51,960 nt of DNA from Octopus bimaculoides (Eukaryota). The notes under the pieces were generated by a model that saw only the letters and a list, made by a program, of their open reading frames with translations, made no database searches and had not been told where the DNA came from. Positions 38,016 to 50,289 of the stretch are shown piece after piece. The DNA is taken from the NCBI RefSeq assembly GCF_001194135.2, contig NC_068983.1:7965761-8017720 (forward strand), read 5' to 3'. The translations under genes were made by a program, and so were the position numbers. Numbering within the stretch: the first letter of the stretch is position 1; every line of letters begins with the position of its first letter.

Positions 38016-39379
38016 CTGTAAGTCAAATTTACTTCAACAAAGAAAAAATTATGTTGTGACTGTTAACTATTGCTTGTCTCATATATAATATACATATGTA
38101 TATNNNNNNNNNNNNNNNNNNNNNNNNNNNNNNNNNNNNNNNNNNNNNNNNNNNNNNNNNNNNNNNNNNNNNNNNNNNNNNNNNNNNNNNNNNNNNNNNN
38201 NNNNNNNNNNNNNNNNNNNNNNNNNNNNNNNNNNNNNNNNNNNNNNNNNNNNNNNNNNNNNNNNNNNNNNNNNNNNNNNNNNNNNNNNNNNNNNNNNNNN
38301 NNNNNNNNNNNNNNNNNNNNNNNNNNNNNNNNNNNNNNNNNNNNNNNNNNNNNNNNNNNNNNNNNNNNNNNNNNNNNNNNNNNNNNNNNNNNNNNNNNNN
38401 NNNNNNNNNNNNNNNNNNNNNNNNNNNNNNNNNNNNNNNNNNNNNNNNNNNNNNNNNNNNNNNNNNNNNNNNNNNNNNNNNNNNNNNNNNNNNNNNNNNN
38501 NNNNNNNNNNNNNNNNNNNNNNNNNNNNNNNNNNNNNNNNNNNNNNNNNNNNNNNNNNNNNNNNNNNNNNNNNNNNNNNNNNNNNNNNNNNNNNNNNNNN
38601 NNNNNNNNNNNNNATTCGAAGCGACCCCACAGTCGCTGATTTTGCAACAAACAGAGGTGCTAGTACAAAACTCTCTCATAGAGATCAATGCTATAGTTGT
38701 ACTGACAGATGATGTTCGTAGCCACTTCAACATGTCTCTCCGTTCGAACGTACTCTACTACCATTTTATATATATTGTGAGCAGAGTCGAGTTACAGCCA
38801 TCTTTAGCTGACCAGGTGTCCAGTACTGAAAAGTAGAAGAAAAAACCCGAACCAGGACGAGTCTCCTGGTCCCGTTGATAGATAGTGGTGGTGGTTCGGT
38901 CCCCTTCTCGCAATTTATCGTATGCAGCTCTGCCTCATTAACAAGCTAGAAGAAATTTCCTCTTAGGGTTAAAAAAAATTGCAGTAGAGTCCATTGAAAC
39001 GGACAGCCATGTTGAAGTGGATACGAATATCACTTGTTAAGATTACTGAATTTTTTGATACCCCATACGTCTAAACTCGGCAACTCAGTTATCGAATCCA
39101 TAAGGGAGATACGGGCGCGCACACACACACAAACACACAGACACACACAAACTCTATTTTATAAACCCATGGAAATTGTACCCTCTATGCTTCACTTTTA
39201 AGCAAGCTATAACTTCCATTATGCCAGTAATCCAGTTCAAAATATAGCAGCCGTGCTTATTCTGTCCATAAGAAAGGAACAAATAATACAATATGGGTGT
39301 ATGTGATAACACGCGGGTAACGCTGCTATGCATTGCTCATGTGTCTGTATATATATATATATATATATATAAATATATA

Positions 39380-40621
39380 CGGTGTTGGACAAGATAATGG
39401 AAACACATAGCATCATAATTTTGAAATAGCTATAAAACCGACAAATGCTTGTTTATTTTTATGTTTTTGGATTTATTATTAGAGTTGCTGAATATGTTTT
39501 GCTAAAATTGCTGTTTCTTTTCAGATATCATCAGAAAGAGATAGTCAAAATTCATTAAAATGACAGATCTATCGTACTTTCAAAGAGGTCAAATTGTTGA
39601 NNNNNNNNNNNNNNNNNNNNNNNNNNNNNNNNNNNNNNNNNNNNNNNNNNNNNNNNNNNNNNNNNNNNNNNNNNNNNNNNNNNNNNNNNNNNNNNNNNNN
39701 NNNNNNNNNNNNNNNNNNNNNNNNNNNNNNNNNNNNNNNNNNNNNNNNNNNNNNNNNNNNNNNNNNNNNTTGTTAGAAAGGATCACATAAGTACAGCTCC
39801 CAAAATTATTGCAAAGGTTAATGACCACCTCGATGAACCAGTTTCAGCAAAAAACTGTTCGCCGGTCGTTGCACAAAGCAAGATTTCAAAGGAGGGCTGC
39901 AATAAAAAAAAAACCATTACTTTCAAAAACAAAGTTGCAAATCGTTTAGAGTGGATTAAAAACCTACAGAATTGGTCCCTGGAGTAGCAGAAGAATGTTA
40001 TTTTCTCGGACGAGTCATCCTTTACCTTATTTCCGACCACCGGCCGAGTATACGTGTGGAGACAGCCAAAAGAAGTATTTGGTCCAGACTGCCTTCTTCC
40101 AAGTGTTGAACATGGAGGAGGATCTGTGATGATCTGGGGTGGGCTATATCTAGGAAATGCGCCGGCCCAATGGTTTCCCTTCATGGCAGAATTAATAGTC
40201 AAGACTATTTAAGCATTTTATCTGATCAAATTTATTCTATTGTTGCGGAACTGTTTCCGGAGGGAAGCGCAATCTTTCAGGATGATAATGTACCAATTCA
40301 CACAGTTAAAATTCTTACTGAATGGCACGAGGATCATTCAAGTGAATTTGAACATCTTGTCTGGCCACCACAGTCCCCAGATCTCACTATTATTGAACAT
40401 TTATGGTGCATTTTAGAAAAACAAGGAGTCGATATCCTCCACCAGAGGAGACTGTTTTGGCTGAAGAATGGACAAAAATTCCTTTGGAAACAATTGAACT
40501 TTGTACGAGTCCATACTTTGTAGAATTCAAGCTGTAATTACTGCCAAAGGTGGTCCTACCTCATATTAAAATAAATTTGTTTGAAATTTTAAGGTGTTTC
40601 CATTATTTTGTCCAACCCGTG
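39380..40621 (+). mobile_element. Tc1 (DD34E) transposon, defective, same family as 27134-28236
   Basis: Same TIRs. Frames give MTDLSYFQRGQIV, FSDES, FQDDNVPIH and WPPQSPDLTIIEHLW. Confidence 0.9.
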
Positions 40622-40641
40622 TATATATAATATATATATAA

Positions 40642-40790
40642 GACGGGCGTCTTACAGTTCCCGTCTACCACATCGACTCACAAGTCTTTGATCGGCCTGA
40701 GGGTCTAGTTGAAGAAACCTTTCCAAGGTGCCATGCAGTGAGACCGAATCCGGTTGGAAAGCCAGCTTCTTACCACACAGCCACATCTGT
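40642..40790 (-). mobile_element. Degenerate 5' half of SINE group B
   Basis: TTACCACACAGCCAC head and CCAAGGTGCCATGCAGTG core, reversed. Confidence 0.75.
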
Positions 40791-40974
40791 GACTATATAT
40801 ATATATATGCTTACGTGCATACTCCAAAATGCACATATGCATGAGCACATACACTAATCTTACAAATATGTTTGTGTATGTGTTTGTGTGTGTGTGTGTG
40901 TAGGTATCTCTCTAAGTAGTGGTATTTTCCTTACTCTTTGAAAATGCATGCGAACAGATAATAGCCGGGAATTT

Positions 40975-41172
40975 GGCCTGTAAACGTGACTCTTGACACA
41001 AGTGTAATCTCAATAACTACTATTTTGAAGGTTTATAATAAAACTTTCATTGAAATAAACAAGTGATAAACAACTCGGAAGGTGTTATATTTGTGACAGC
41101 TTGGCGTATGATTCTTATATAAGAGCATTCTTACCTCCTGCATCACATACAAAGAAACACTTACTGGTAAGT
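40975..41172 (+). promoter_or_regulatory. P3: TATA promoter, short non-coding exon 1 and GTAAGT donor
   Basis: TATATAAG at 41116-41123 and CTG|GTAAGT at 41166/41167. The TATA-to-donor distance (51 nt) matches P1 (52 nt). Confidence 0.7.
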
Positions 41173-43046
41173 TTTATTCTTCCTATTTTCATTTATCTCT
41201 CTCTCTCTCTCTCTATCTATCTTTCTTTCTGCCTGTCTGTGTCTGTCTGTGTCTGTCTGTGTTTATTTNNNNNNNNNNNNNNNNNNNNNNNNNNNNNNNN
41301 NNNNNNNNNNNNNNNNNNNNNNNNNNNNNNNNNNNNNNNNNNNNNNNNNNNNNNNNNNNNNNNNNNNNNNNNNNNNNNNNNNNNNNNNNNNNNNNNNNNN
41401 NNNNNNNNNNNNNNNNNNNNNNNNNNNNNNNNNNNNNNNNNNNNNNNNNNNNNNNNNNNNNNNNNNNNNNNNNNNNNNNNNNNNNNNNNNNNNNNNNNNN
41501 NNNNNNNNNNNNNNNNNNNNNNNNNNNNNNNNNNNNNNNNNNNNNNNNNNNNNNNNNNNNNNNNNNNNNNNNNNNNNNNNNNNNNNNNNNNNNNNNNNNN
41601 NNNNNNNNNNNNNNNNNNNNNNNNNNNNNNNNNNNNNNNNNNNNNNNNNNNNNNNNNNNNNNNNNNNNNNNNNNNNNNNNNNNNNNNNNNNNNNNNNNNN
41701 NNNNNNNNNNNNNNNNNNNNNNNNNNNNNNNNNNNNNNNNNNNNNNNNNNNNNNNNNNNNNNNNNNNNNNNNNNNNNNNNNNNNNNNNNNNNNNNNNNNN
41801 NNNNNNNNNNNNNNNNNNNNNNNNNNNNNNNNNNNNNNNNNNNNNNNNNNNNNNNNNNNNNNNNNNNNNNNNNNNNNNNNNNNNNNNNNNNNNNNNNNNN
41901 NNNNNNNNNNNNNNNNNNNNNNNNNNNNNNNNNNNNNNNNNNNNNNNNNNNNNNNNNNNNNNNNNNNNNNNNNNNNNNNNNNNNNNNNNNNNNNNNNNNN
42001 NNNNNNNNNNNNNNNNNNNNACTATTTGAGGTTTTTTTTTAGATGTATTTCGATTGATATATTATTAATTGGAACGTTATTCATTTTTCTCCCGTCAGCA
42101 GAACTTATCTTGGTTAATTAAATTTTCTTTAATTCATTTATGCTTCGTTTTCAACAGGAGTTTCGTGGATAATAGGCTCTCAATGTACGAATATCCAGAT
42201 TTATGTTATTTACCAGGATTGAATATGGATTATGTGAAAAACTAATACAAATCGAATGTCATACACGTATTAGAAACATTGAGTACAACTTTGCATTATA
42301 AAGCTAAGTTATATCAAGAACTTCGAGGACAATTTGAAAAAAATCTTGGTATTATGGACATATTTCAGTACTTAGCGTGTTTTTAAGTGCGACCAGTCTA
42401 TTTAGATATATGTGTTTGATATTCATATAAGGAAATGACGTGGAGAAAACGTTAAATGCTTGACGTTTTGTGAAACTAAAATTAGGCAGTGTCCATTACG
42501 TTATTAGTATGAACGAATCCCAGGAGATACGTATATAGAAGAACTGGGTGCAATTATTAGACTTACTGTAGAAATATATAACACACTGCATGAATGTCTA
42601 AAGAGAACAACCCATTTTATAAGAAGTAAAAGTGACAAATATATTGCAAGAAGTTACTTGTTGCTGCAAGTCGTTGTATAAGGTTTTATTTAGGGCTCAT
42701 ATACCCGCGTTTGGATGTAGATTTAATACATATGAAGTAAACAGATCTGTCACAGATGTTAAAGTAGCGACCGTATTAAGTTTTGAATAATTAAAGAATG
42801 TTTGCGTAAGGTCTATGTACACACGACGCAATAGATTTCATTTTTTGTTTTGTTGTTAAAGACATTTAAACTACTGACTCCTACCACATTTCTGATGCTA
42901 ATTTCTAATCCGATATTTAAATACCTGTAATCGCGTCCAAACTTTTTGTAACCAAAAACTTCTATTGTTCATTTTTTCCTGCCGTTTCTATTATGAAAGC
43001 CATCTAAGCGCATATTCCGAGTTACGTTTTATGTTAAGTATATCTA

Positions 43047-43446
43047 GTGGAGACGCAATGGCCCAGTGGTTAGGGCAGCGGACTCGCGGTCGGAGGATCG
43101 CGGTTTCGATTCCCAGACCGGGCGTTGTGAGTGTTTATTGAGCGAAAACACCTGAAGCTCCACGAGGCTCCAGCAGGGGATGGTGGCGAACCCTGCTGTA
43201 CTCTTTCACCACAACTTTCTCTCACTCTTACTTCCTGTTTCTGTTGTGCCTGTAATTCAAAGTGTCAGCCTTGTCACACTGTGTCACGCTGAATATCCCC
43301 GAGAACTACGTTGAGGGTACGCGTGTCTGTGGAGTGCTCAGCCACTTGCACGTTAATTTCACGAGCAGGCTGTTCCGTTGATCGGATCAACTGGCACATT
43401 CGACGTCGTAATCGACGGAGTGCCAACAACAACAACAACAACAACA
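43047..43446 (+). mobile_element. Full-length tRNA-derived SINE group C with (AAC)n tail
   Basis: A box TGGCCCAGTGG, B box GTTTCGATTCC, tail GAGTGCC(AAC)n. Probable TSD TAAGTATA at 43035 and 43447. Confidence 0.9.
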
Positions 43447-43610
43447 TAAGTATACCAAGATAATTAGTTAACATGAATATCTTTCCTCCTTTATTCTGAC
43501 TTAAAGAAGACAGTGGAATCCCATTAGTGAAGTTACCGTCCCTACAACCAACCACTCATCTCTGGCGCATTAGTATTTTGTTGTTACTAACGAAAGGTAA
43601 CTTCTTGCTT

Positions 43611-45163
43611 TTAAAAGAAGCTTTGGTACTTCCTTTTCCTTTGTCCCTTGTAGGATGACAAGCTCTCTTTCTGCAGGAACCAACAAGAACCTCCCATCAT
43701 ATTTGGGTTGAAATTATCTTGGTATCTGTTTTCAATAACTGAGATCTGTTGGGGGAAGCGTTCACCATGCTCGTCACCCACAACTCCAGGGTAGGCCGGG
43801 AAGAAGATGAGAATGTAAAAAATGCATCCCAAGTTTTCTTAATATTTAAGCATGCTTACTACGAGCTCACAGATGTTTTGAGTTTTGTGATTTTCAAGAA
43901 AAGTTTTGACAGAAATGTCGAGTCGTTGATTACATTGCGGATCTGTGGTCCAATAAAACCCCCAGCTTCTAGCTTAGCATCTGTCAATATATTCCTTTGA
44001 ATTTATCCTTTCGATATTAGAAACCACTGTCTTGATGAATAATACCCTTAGTGAAATTTTTCATAAAATCAAGTTTAATGTGAAATGGTGGAAGACATAC
44101 TTTCTGAGGGTGAATAACTGCTGAGTGTTTCACACTGTGTTTACCAATAACGTGTTTAGTTGTAGATGGCTAATCATGTTTCTGGAGAGGTTGTTGTCAT
44201 TTCTGCTGTTCCATAGACACAAAAGAGCATATATTTTGTGTAGCCTAACTATAACCCAAAACGTAATGATATAACTTTAAGATCACCATATTATTCTATA
44301 TGCGATCTTCATATTTCGTGAATCTTAGCAGCAGTTCGATTGATTAATAAGTCTCATTAAAGCCAGCGGTAATACGACATGTATTGCCGTTGTTCAATAA
44401 TACTGCTTCAAGGCTAGCTTTAGAAGAGTCCATGAACAGTCTCCAGTTTTTGAGTCATAGCGAAAATTAAATCCTTTCCATCAGACTACTGAAATCATGG
44501 GAGAAACAAACGTTTTCCTCCCGGATGTGATATGATGAAAACTGTAAATGGCGATGGCGTATATGGGAAACTTTGGTGTTTGGTTGGAGAAGATTCCATT
44601 CTTGAAATCTGGAACCAAGCATGTCTGCCTCTAAATATTGGTAATTCCAAATTGCGCACTAAGTCGTTTAACTTCCTTTTGACAAATGTGAGGAAGTATT
44701 GACATCTGGAACATATACACCATCTATCCCTATTTCTACATCACTAGCAGAATCTTCAGATGAACTACTGTCTGTTGCCGTTGCTGGTGGAACTTGTGGT
44801 GGATTTGTTTTATTATGTGATACTCGTTTTATTGCTGACTCGCAATTTCAATAGAAGGTTTATTGTATTAGTTTCTTTGTGAGACTTAATCTTTGTCAAA
44901 CACAAACCATATTCATTGCTGTGGTTTTTCAGCTCACGCAAAACCCTAGGGATTGAGATCTGCATAGCATTTTTAAAAACTATTCATCCAAGCTATTAAC
45001 AACGAATTGCATTGTGCACAGCAAATATGTGGATCCCAGTCATACTTTTGTTGTCCTAACTTACTGTTAAAATAATATTTGTAGGTAAGTTTAATATTTG
45101 TTCATATGTTTCTACATTGTGGCTCAGATGTATATTGTTCACAGATATAGCAAGAGATGTCAT
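43611..45163 (-). mobile_element. Decayed DNA transposase, Chapaev3-type (CMC superfamily)
   Basis: Minus frames give in order SCYICE, DWDPHICCAQC, LNDLVRNLELP, WRLFMDSSKASLEAVLLNNGN, GDLKV, LGYTK, GFIGPQIR and DEHGERFPQQISVIENRYQDNFNPNMMGGSCWFL, with many stops and frameshifts. The family name is from memory of Chapaev3 proteins. Confidence 0.7.
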
Positions 45164-45609
45164 ACCATATATATATATATATATATATANNNNNNNNNNN
45201 NNNNNNNNNNNNNNNNNNNNNNNNNNNNNNNNNNNNNNNNNNNNNNNNNNNNNNNNNNNNNNNNNNNNNNNNNNNNNNNNNNNNNNNNNNNNNNNNNNNN
45301 NNNNNNNNNNNNNNNNNNNNNNNNNNNNNNNNNNNNNNNNNNNNNNNNNNNNNNNNNNNNNNNNNNNNNNNNNNNNNNNNNNNNNNNNNNNNNNNNNNNN
45401 NNNNNNNNNNNNNNNNNNNNNNNNNNNNNNNNNNNNNNNNNNNNNNNNNNNNNNNNNNNNNNNNNNNNNNNNNNNNNNNNNNNNNNNNNNNNNNNNNNNN
45501 NNNNNNNNNNNNNNNNNNNNNNNNNNNNNNNNNNNNNNNNNNNNNNNNNNNNNNNNNNNNNNNNNNNNNNNNNNNNNNNNNNNNNNNNNNNNNNNNNNNT
45601 ATATATATA

Positions 45610-47095
45610 TATATATAATGTTGGTATTTATAAATTTTACAGGTTCAACATGAATTCTATACTCTTTCCCATCTTCTTGGGAATATACATGATGATTGCC
45701 CTGACCGAAGGTAAGAAGACTGGTCACCCATTCGTTAAATGATTTTTCGACCCTTGTCAAATTGCGCATCTAAATCTAATTTCGGTGCAGCAATTTCATA
45801 ACTATCTAGAATCAATTTGTCTGAGAATTACAATTCAGAAAAGTATGCTCTGTTAACAAGTTCCCTATATACGACATCCATTTTATAGATAAAAATATCT
45901 CAATATAACCCTTAATCGAGCCCTTCGCTTCAACAGACTACATCTGAATATTCACTTCCAGGAATTTTATCCCACCAATAATATCGTAAATGCATTCTGC
46001 TACAGTTCCTTCCATTTCATTCGACGAAGTTCCTTTGCTCTATCCTTTCATTGAAGCAAATCACACATTTACCGATTATTCCTTTAGTTTTTCATAAGTG
46101 TGATTGTGATTATCACACGGCTATGTAAATACCATATTTAGAACGAAACATAACATACTGAAACACATAAAATCTCAATATGATACACAGACATACATAT
46201 GCAAATCAACGTTGGTTGCGGAGCCTTTTTCATCACTCTCAAAAACCGTCGTTCATTGCTACATTGAGCGCTATTCATATTGTCTTTACTGGAATGCGTA
46301 CCAAATAATGGATAATTACAGATCAAGGTTCCATTACCAATTGCAGTATCACATATATGATGGAAGCCAACATAAACAATAAGTTTCTTTCATGATTTTG
46401 AGCATTTCCCCATTCTCAGTGTTTATTCCCAAAGATATAATCACTGGAGACTTGATCTATTACCTTACATGAATCTAACCGATATCAGAGTCTCTTCACT
46501 ATAATAGATGTCATCACTATGATCCCTCTTTTACAGATTCAATACTTCTCTTAACCTATTTGTTCAATATTTCGTTATTAGAGATGCTACTCTCTAGAAT
46601 ATACTTTACTTTTTAGTTTTCTCAGAATCATGAAAATTTGGAATGTCCTATTTGAGATCCCGAGTCTGTGTAGTTGTACATTAAGAACATCTCTTCTAGC
46701 TGTATTATCACCATCACATAAAACATAACGTTCTATGAAAATCATCAATAGGCTTTTCTAGTATATTTACCACTGTCGTTGAGAGTGAGTAAACAATTTC
46801 CAGGAGTAAGTGTCTCGCATTTGTAAATGATATAACAATCATGTTGACTCTATCACAGCAATATATCGTTGTTTGTAAATTGCTTCATGTATTTCATCCA
46901 AATTATCAAATAATTCAGAGCAATTAAATTAATGAAAAACAGAACAATTAAAATCATTAGAGGTCAGATCAACTGATTTTGTGTCGTCTACAATAAAGAT
47001 AAAATTAGGAAGTTCAAAGACAAATTGGTATGGGAAATGGGTGCCGGAATAATGGAGTTATTTACGATATTATAGAGAGATATATGCGTTGAGAG
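45610..47095 (+). repeat. Duplicated gene segment (signal exon plus intron), paralogous to 50199-51948
   Basis: High similarity by eye from TGTTGGTATTTATAAA to TATAGAGAGATATATGCGTTGAGAG, with a few indels and microsatellite differences. Confidence 0.95.
45650..45710 (+). CDS. Signal-peptide exon MNSILFPIFLGIYMMIALTE(G)
   Basis: Acceptor TTTTACAG|GTTCAAC ATG (exon starts at 45643), 20 codons plus G, donor GAAG|GTAAGA. The core is hydrophobic, with a T-E-G cleavage-type end. Confidence 0.75.
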
Positions 47096-47989
47096 NNNNN
47101 NNNNNNNNNNNNNNNNNNNNNNNNNNNNNNNNNNNNNNNNNNNNNNNNNNNNNNNNNNNNNNNNNNNNNNNNNNNNNNNNNNNNNNNNNNNNNNNNNNNN
47201 NNNNNNNNNNNNNNNNNNNNNNNNNNNNNNNNNNNNNNNNNNNNNNNNNNNNNNNNNNNNNNNNNNNNNNNNNNNNNNNNNNNNNNNNNNNNNNNNNNNN
47301 NNNNNNNNNNNNNNNNNNNNNNNNNNNNNNNNNNNNNNNNNNNNNNNNNNNNNNNNNNNNNNNNNNNNNNNNNNNNNNNNNNNNNNNNNNNNNNNNNNNN
47401 NNNNNNNNNNNNNNNNNNNNNNNNNNNNNNNNNNNNNNNNNNNNNNNNNNNNNNNNNNNNNNNNNNNNNNNNNNNNNNNNNNNNNNNNNNNNNNNNNNNN
47501 NNNNNNNNNNNNNNNNNNNNNNNNNNNNNNNNNNNNNNNNNNNNNNNNNNNNNNNNNNNNNNNNNNNNNNNNNNNNNNNNNNNNNNNNNNNNNNNNNNNN
47601 NNNNNNNNNNNNNNNNNNNNNNNNNNNNNNNNNNNNNNNNNNNNNNNNNNNNNNNNNNNNNNNNNNNNNNNNNNNNNNNNNNNNNNNNNNNNNNNNNNNN
47701 NNNNNNNNNNNNNNNNNNNNNNNNNNNNNNNNNNNNNNNNNNNNNNNNNNNNNNNNNNNNNNNNNNNNNNNNNNNNNNNNNNNNNNNNNNNNNNNNNNNN
47801 NNNNNNNNNNNNNNNNNNNNNNNNNNNNNNNNNNNNNNNNNNNNNNNNNNNNNNNNNNNNNNNNNNNNNNNNNNNNNNNNNNNNNNNNNNNNNNNNNNNN
47901 NNNNNNNNNNNNNNNNNNNNNNNNNNNNNNNNNNNNNNNNNNNNNNNNNNNNNNNNNNNNNNNNNNATATATATATGTGCCTATGTGTA

Positions 47990-48212
47990 TGTGTCTTTGT
48001 ATTCGAGCTAGTCCCACGAACACCGGTTGACAACTTTGTTGGTGTGTTTACATCCCTGTACCTTAGCGGTTCAGCAAACGAAACCGAGAAGATATGTGCT
48101 AGGCTTTGAAGAATTAATAAGTTCTGGGGTCGACTTGTTCGATTAAACTTTTCAAGGTGGTGCTCCAGCATGGCCGCAATTAAATGACTGAAACAAGTAC
48201 AAAATAAAAAGG
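47990..48212 (+). mobile_element. 3' half of SINE group B
   Basis: TTAGCGGTTCAGCAAA...TTCAAGGTGGTGCTCCAGCATGGCCGCAATTAAATGACTGAAACAAGTAC. Confidence 0.85.
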
Positions 48213-48247
48213 AAACCAAAGGAAAACCAGTGCAACAGAGCTTTAAC

Positions 48248-48392
48248 GGGGCGAAAGAGTACAACAGGGGTCGCCACCACCCCCTGCCGGAGCCACGTAG
48301 TGCTTTAGATGTTTTCGCTCAATAAACACACACAACAGTCTGGGAATTGAAACCGCGATCCTCCGACAGCGAGTCCTCTGCTCTAACCACTG
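48248..48392 (-). mobile_element. Head fragment of SINE group C
   Basis: GAAAGAGTACAACAGGGGTCGCCACC...GGGAATTGAAACCGCGATCCTCCGAC matches the 16.6-kb and 43.1-kb copies. Confidence 0.85.
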
Positions 48393-49660
48393 TACTACAT
48401 ATATAATTGTGAAAATGATTCAATAAAAAGGATGCTATGCACTTGTTGGCTACATAGTCACTGGTTAACAGTTAAAGTCGATTTACAATGAGTAAAGTAG
48501 TATTTAAGATTTCTGTGAATAACCACAGAGCGGCGTTATCTTTTTAAATGATTGAATAAAGCAAAATTACAAACTTATGATCTGGTCTCTTCGTGATCTA
48601 TCTTTGCTCATGTTCTGCATATATGAAACTCATTCAGTGCTCTCTGTTTCACCTGGGATTGCAGGTCCCTAACCTTTCGTTTTTAACTACATATCGTGAC
48701 AGTTTGATTATATATAATTTTCTGAACAAATTTTGATACATCGAATAAGGTGTTTGAAGTAAATAGAGAAAACACTCAGACACAATAGCTGTAGAAACAG
48801 CTTTGCAGATCTGTAAATACCTTTAGAAACGCAAGAATCTGGCCAGCGAGCCGCTACAAATTATCTAAGTATAGGTATATGTGTGTGTGGGTGTAGGTGT
48901 GGGCTTGTGGGTGGTGGTGTGCGGTGCGTGGGCGTGGGCGGGTATAATTAATGAATTAATTAATACACTATCGTTATAGGAAGATCCGATAGGAAATCTT
49001 GATGTACATGGGGGATGAATTTTTGGCAAGGGATTTTTACGCTGTAAACCGGGCGGTGTACGTCGCTGGATTTCGGTTGACTGGTTTGTTTACATATTCT
49101 TTCACCCTCTTGGATGATGTGTGTGTTTTGCTNNNNNNNNNNNNNNNNNNNNNNNNNNNNNNNNNNNNNNNNNNNNNNNNNNNNNNNNNNNNNNNNNNNN
49201 NNNNNNNNNNNNNNNNNNNNNNNNNNNNNNNNNNNNNNNNNNNNNNNNNNNNNNNNNNNNNNNNNNNNNNNNNNNNNNNNNNNNNNNNNNNNNNNNNNNN
49301 NNNNNNNNNNNNNNNNNNNNNNNNNNNNNNNNNNNNNNNNNNNNNNNNNNNNNNNNNNNNNNNNNNNNNNNNNNNNNNNNNNNNNNNNNNNNNNNNNNNN
49401 NNNNNNNNNNNNNNNNNNNNNNNNNNNNNNNNNNNNNNNNNNNNNNNNNNNNNNNNNNNNNNNNNNNNNNNNNNNNNNNNNNNNNNNNNNNNNNNNNNNN
49501 NNNNNNNNNNNNNNNNNNNNNNNNNNNNNNNNNNNNNNNNNNNNNNNNNNNNNNNNNNNNNNNNNNNNNNNNNNNNNNNNNNNNNNNNNNNNNNNNNNGT
49601 ATATATATTTATAAATGTATGTGTGTTTGTGTGTGTATATATACATATACATACATATAT

Positions 49661-49720
<60 letters not shown>

Positions 49721-50152
49721 TTATATATAAGCAAAGATGCAAGCTCTAAAGTCTCCCTAGGGCTCCACGCACTAGTTGCACTGACATGTAATATTCGTAG
49801 CCACTTCATCATGGCTGAACGCTCGAACGGATTTTACTGCAACGTTTCAACTCCAAGACGACATCTGCTCCAGCTGGCTAACGATGATGCAGAGCTGTAT
49901 CTGATAAATTTCAGGCAGGAGAGCGAACCCCCACCACTTTCTGGGGACTGGATGAATAAACCACATTTGGTTTCGGGGTACTTCAGTCACTCCTCAGTAC
50001 TAGACACCTTGTCTGCTAAAGATGGCAGTATCTCAACCCTGCATGCAATATANNNNNNNNNNNNNNNNNNNNNNNNNNNNNNNNNNNNNNNNNNNNNNNN
50101 NNNNNNNNNNNNNNNNNNNNNNNNNNNNNNNNNNNNNNNNNNNNNNNNNNNN

Positions 50153-50198
<46 letters not shown>

Positions 50199-50228
50199 GT
50201 TGGTATTTATAAATGTTACAGGTTCAGC

Positions 50229-50289
50229 ATGAATTCTATACTCTTTCCCATCTCCTGGGGAATATACATGTTGATTGCCCTGACCGAAG
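50229..50289 (+). CDS. Signal-peptide exon MNSILFPISWGIYMLIALTE(G)
   Basis: Acceptor TGTTACAG|GTTCAGC ATG (exon starts at 50222), donor GAAG|GTAAGA at 50290. Both splice sites and the frame are preserved relative to the 45.6-kb copy. Confidence 0.75.

Noticed and set aside
43047-43120. tRNA-like sequence with A and B boxes (also at 16620-16690)
   Set aside because: It continues into a SINE body and tail, so it is a SINE head rather than a tRNA gene.
48690-48725. GTGACAGTTTGATTATATATAAT, partly like the P1-P3 promoter core
   Set aside because: The match is short, with no upstream homology and no donor at the expected distance.
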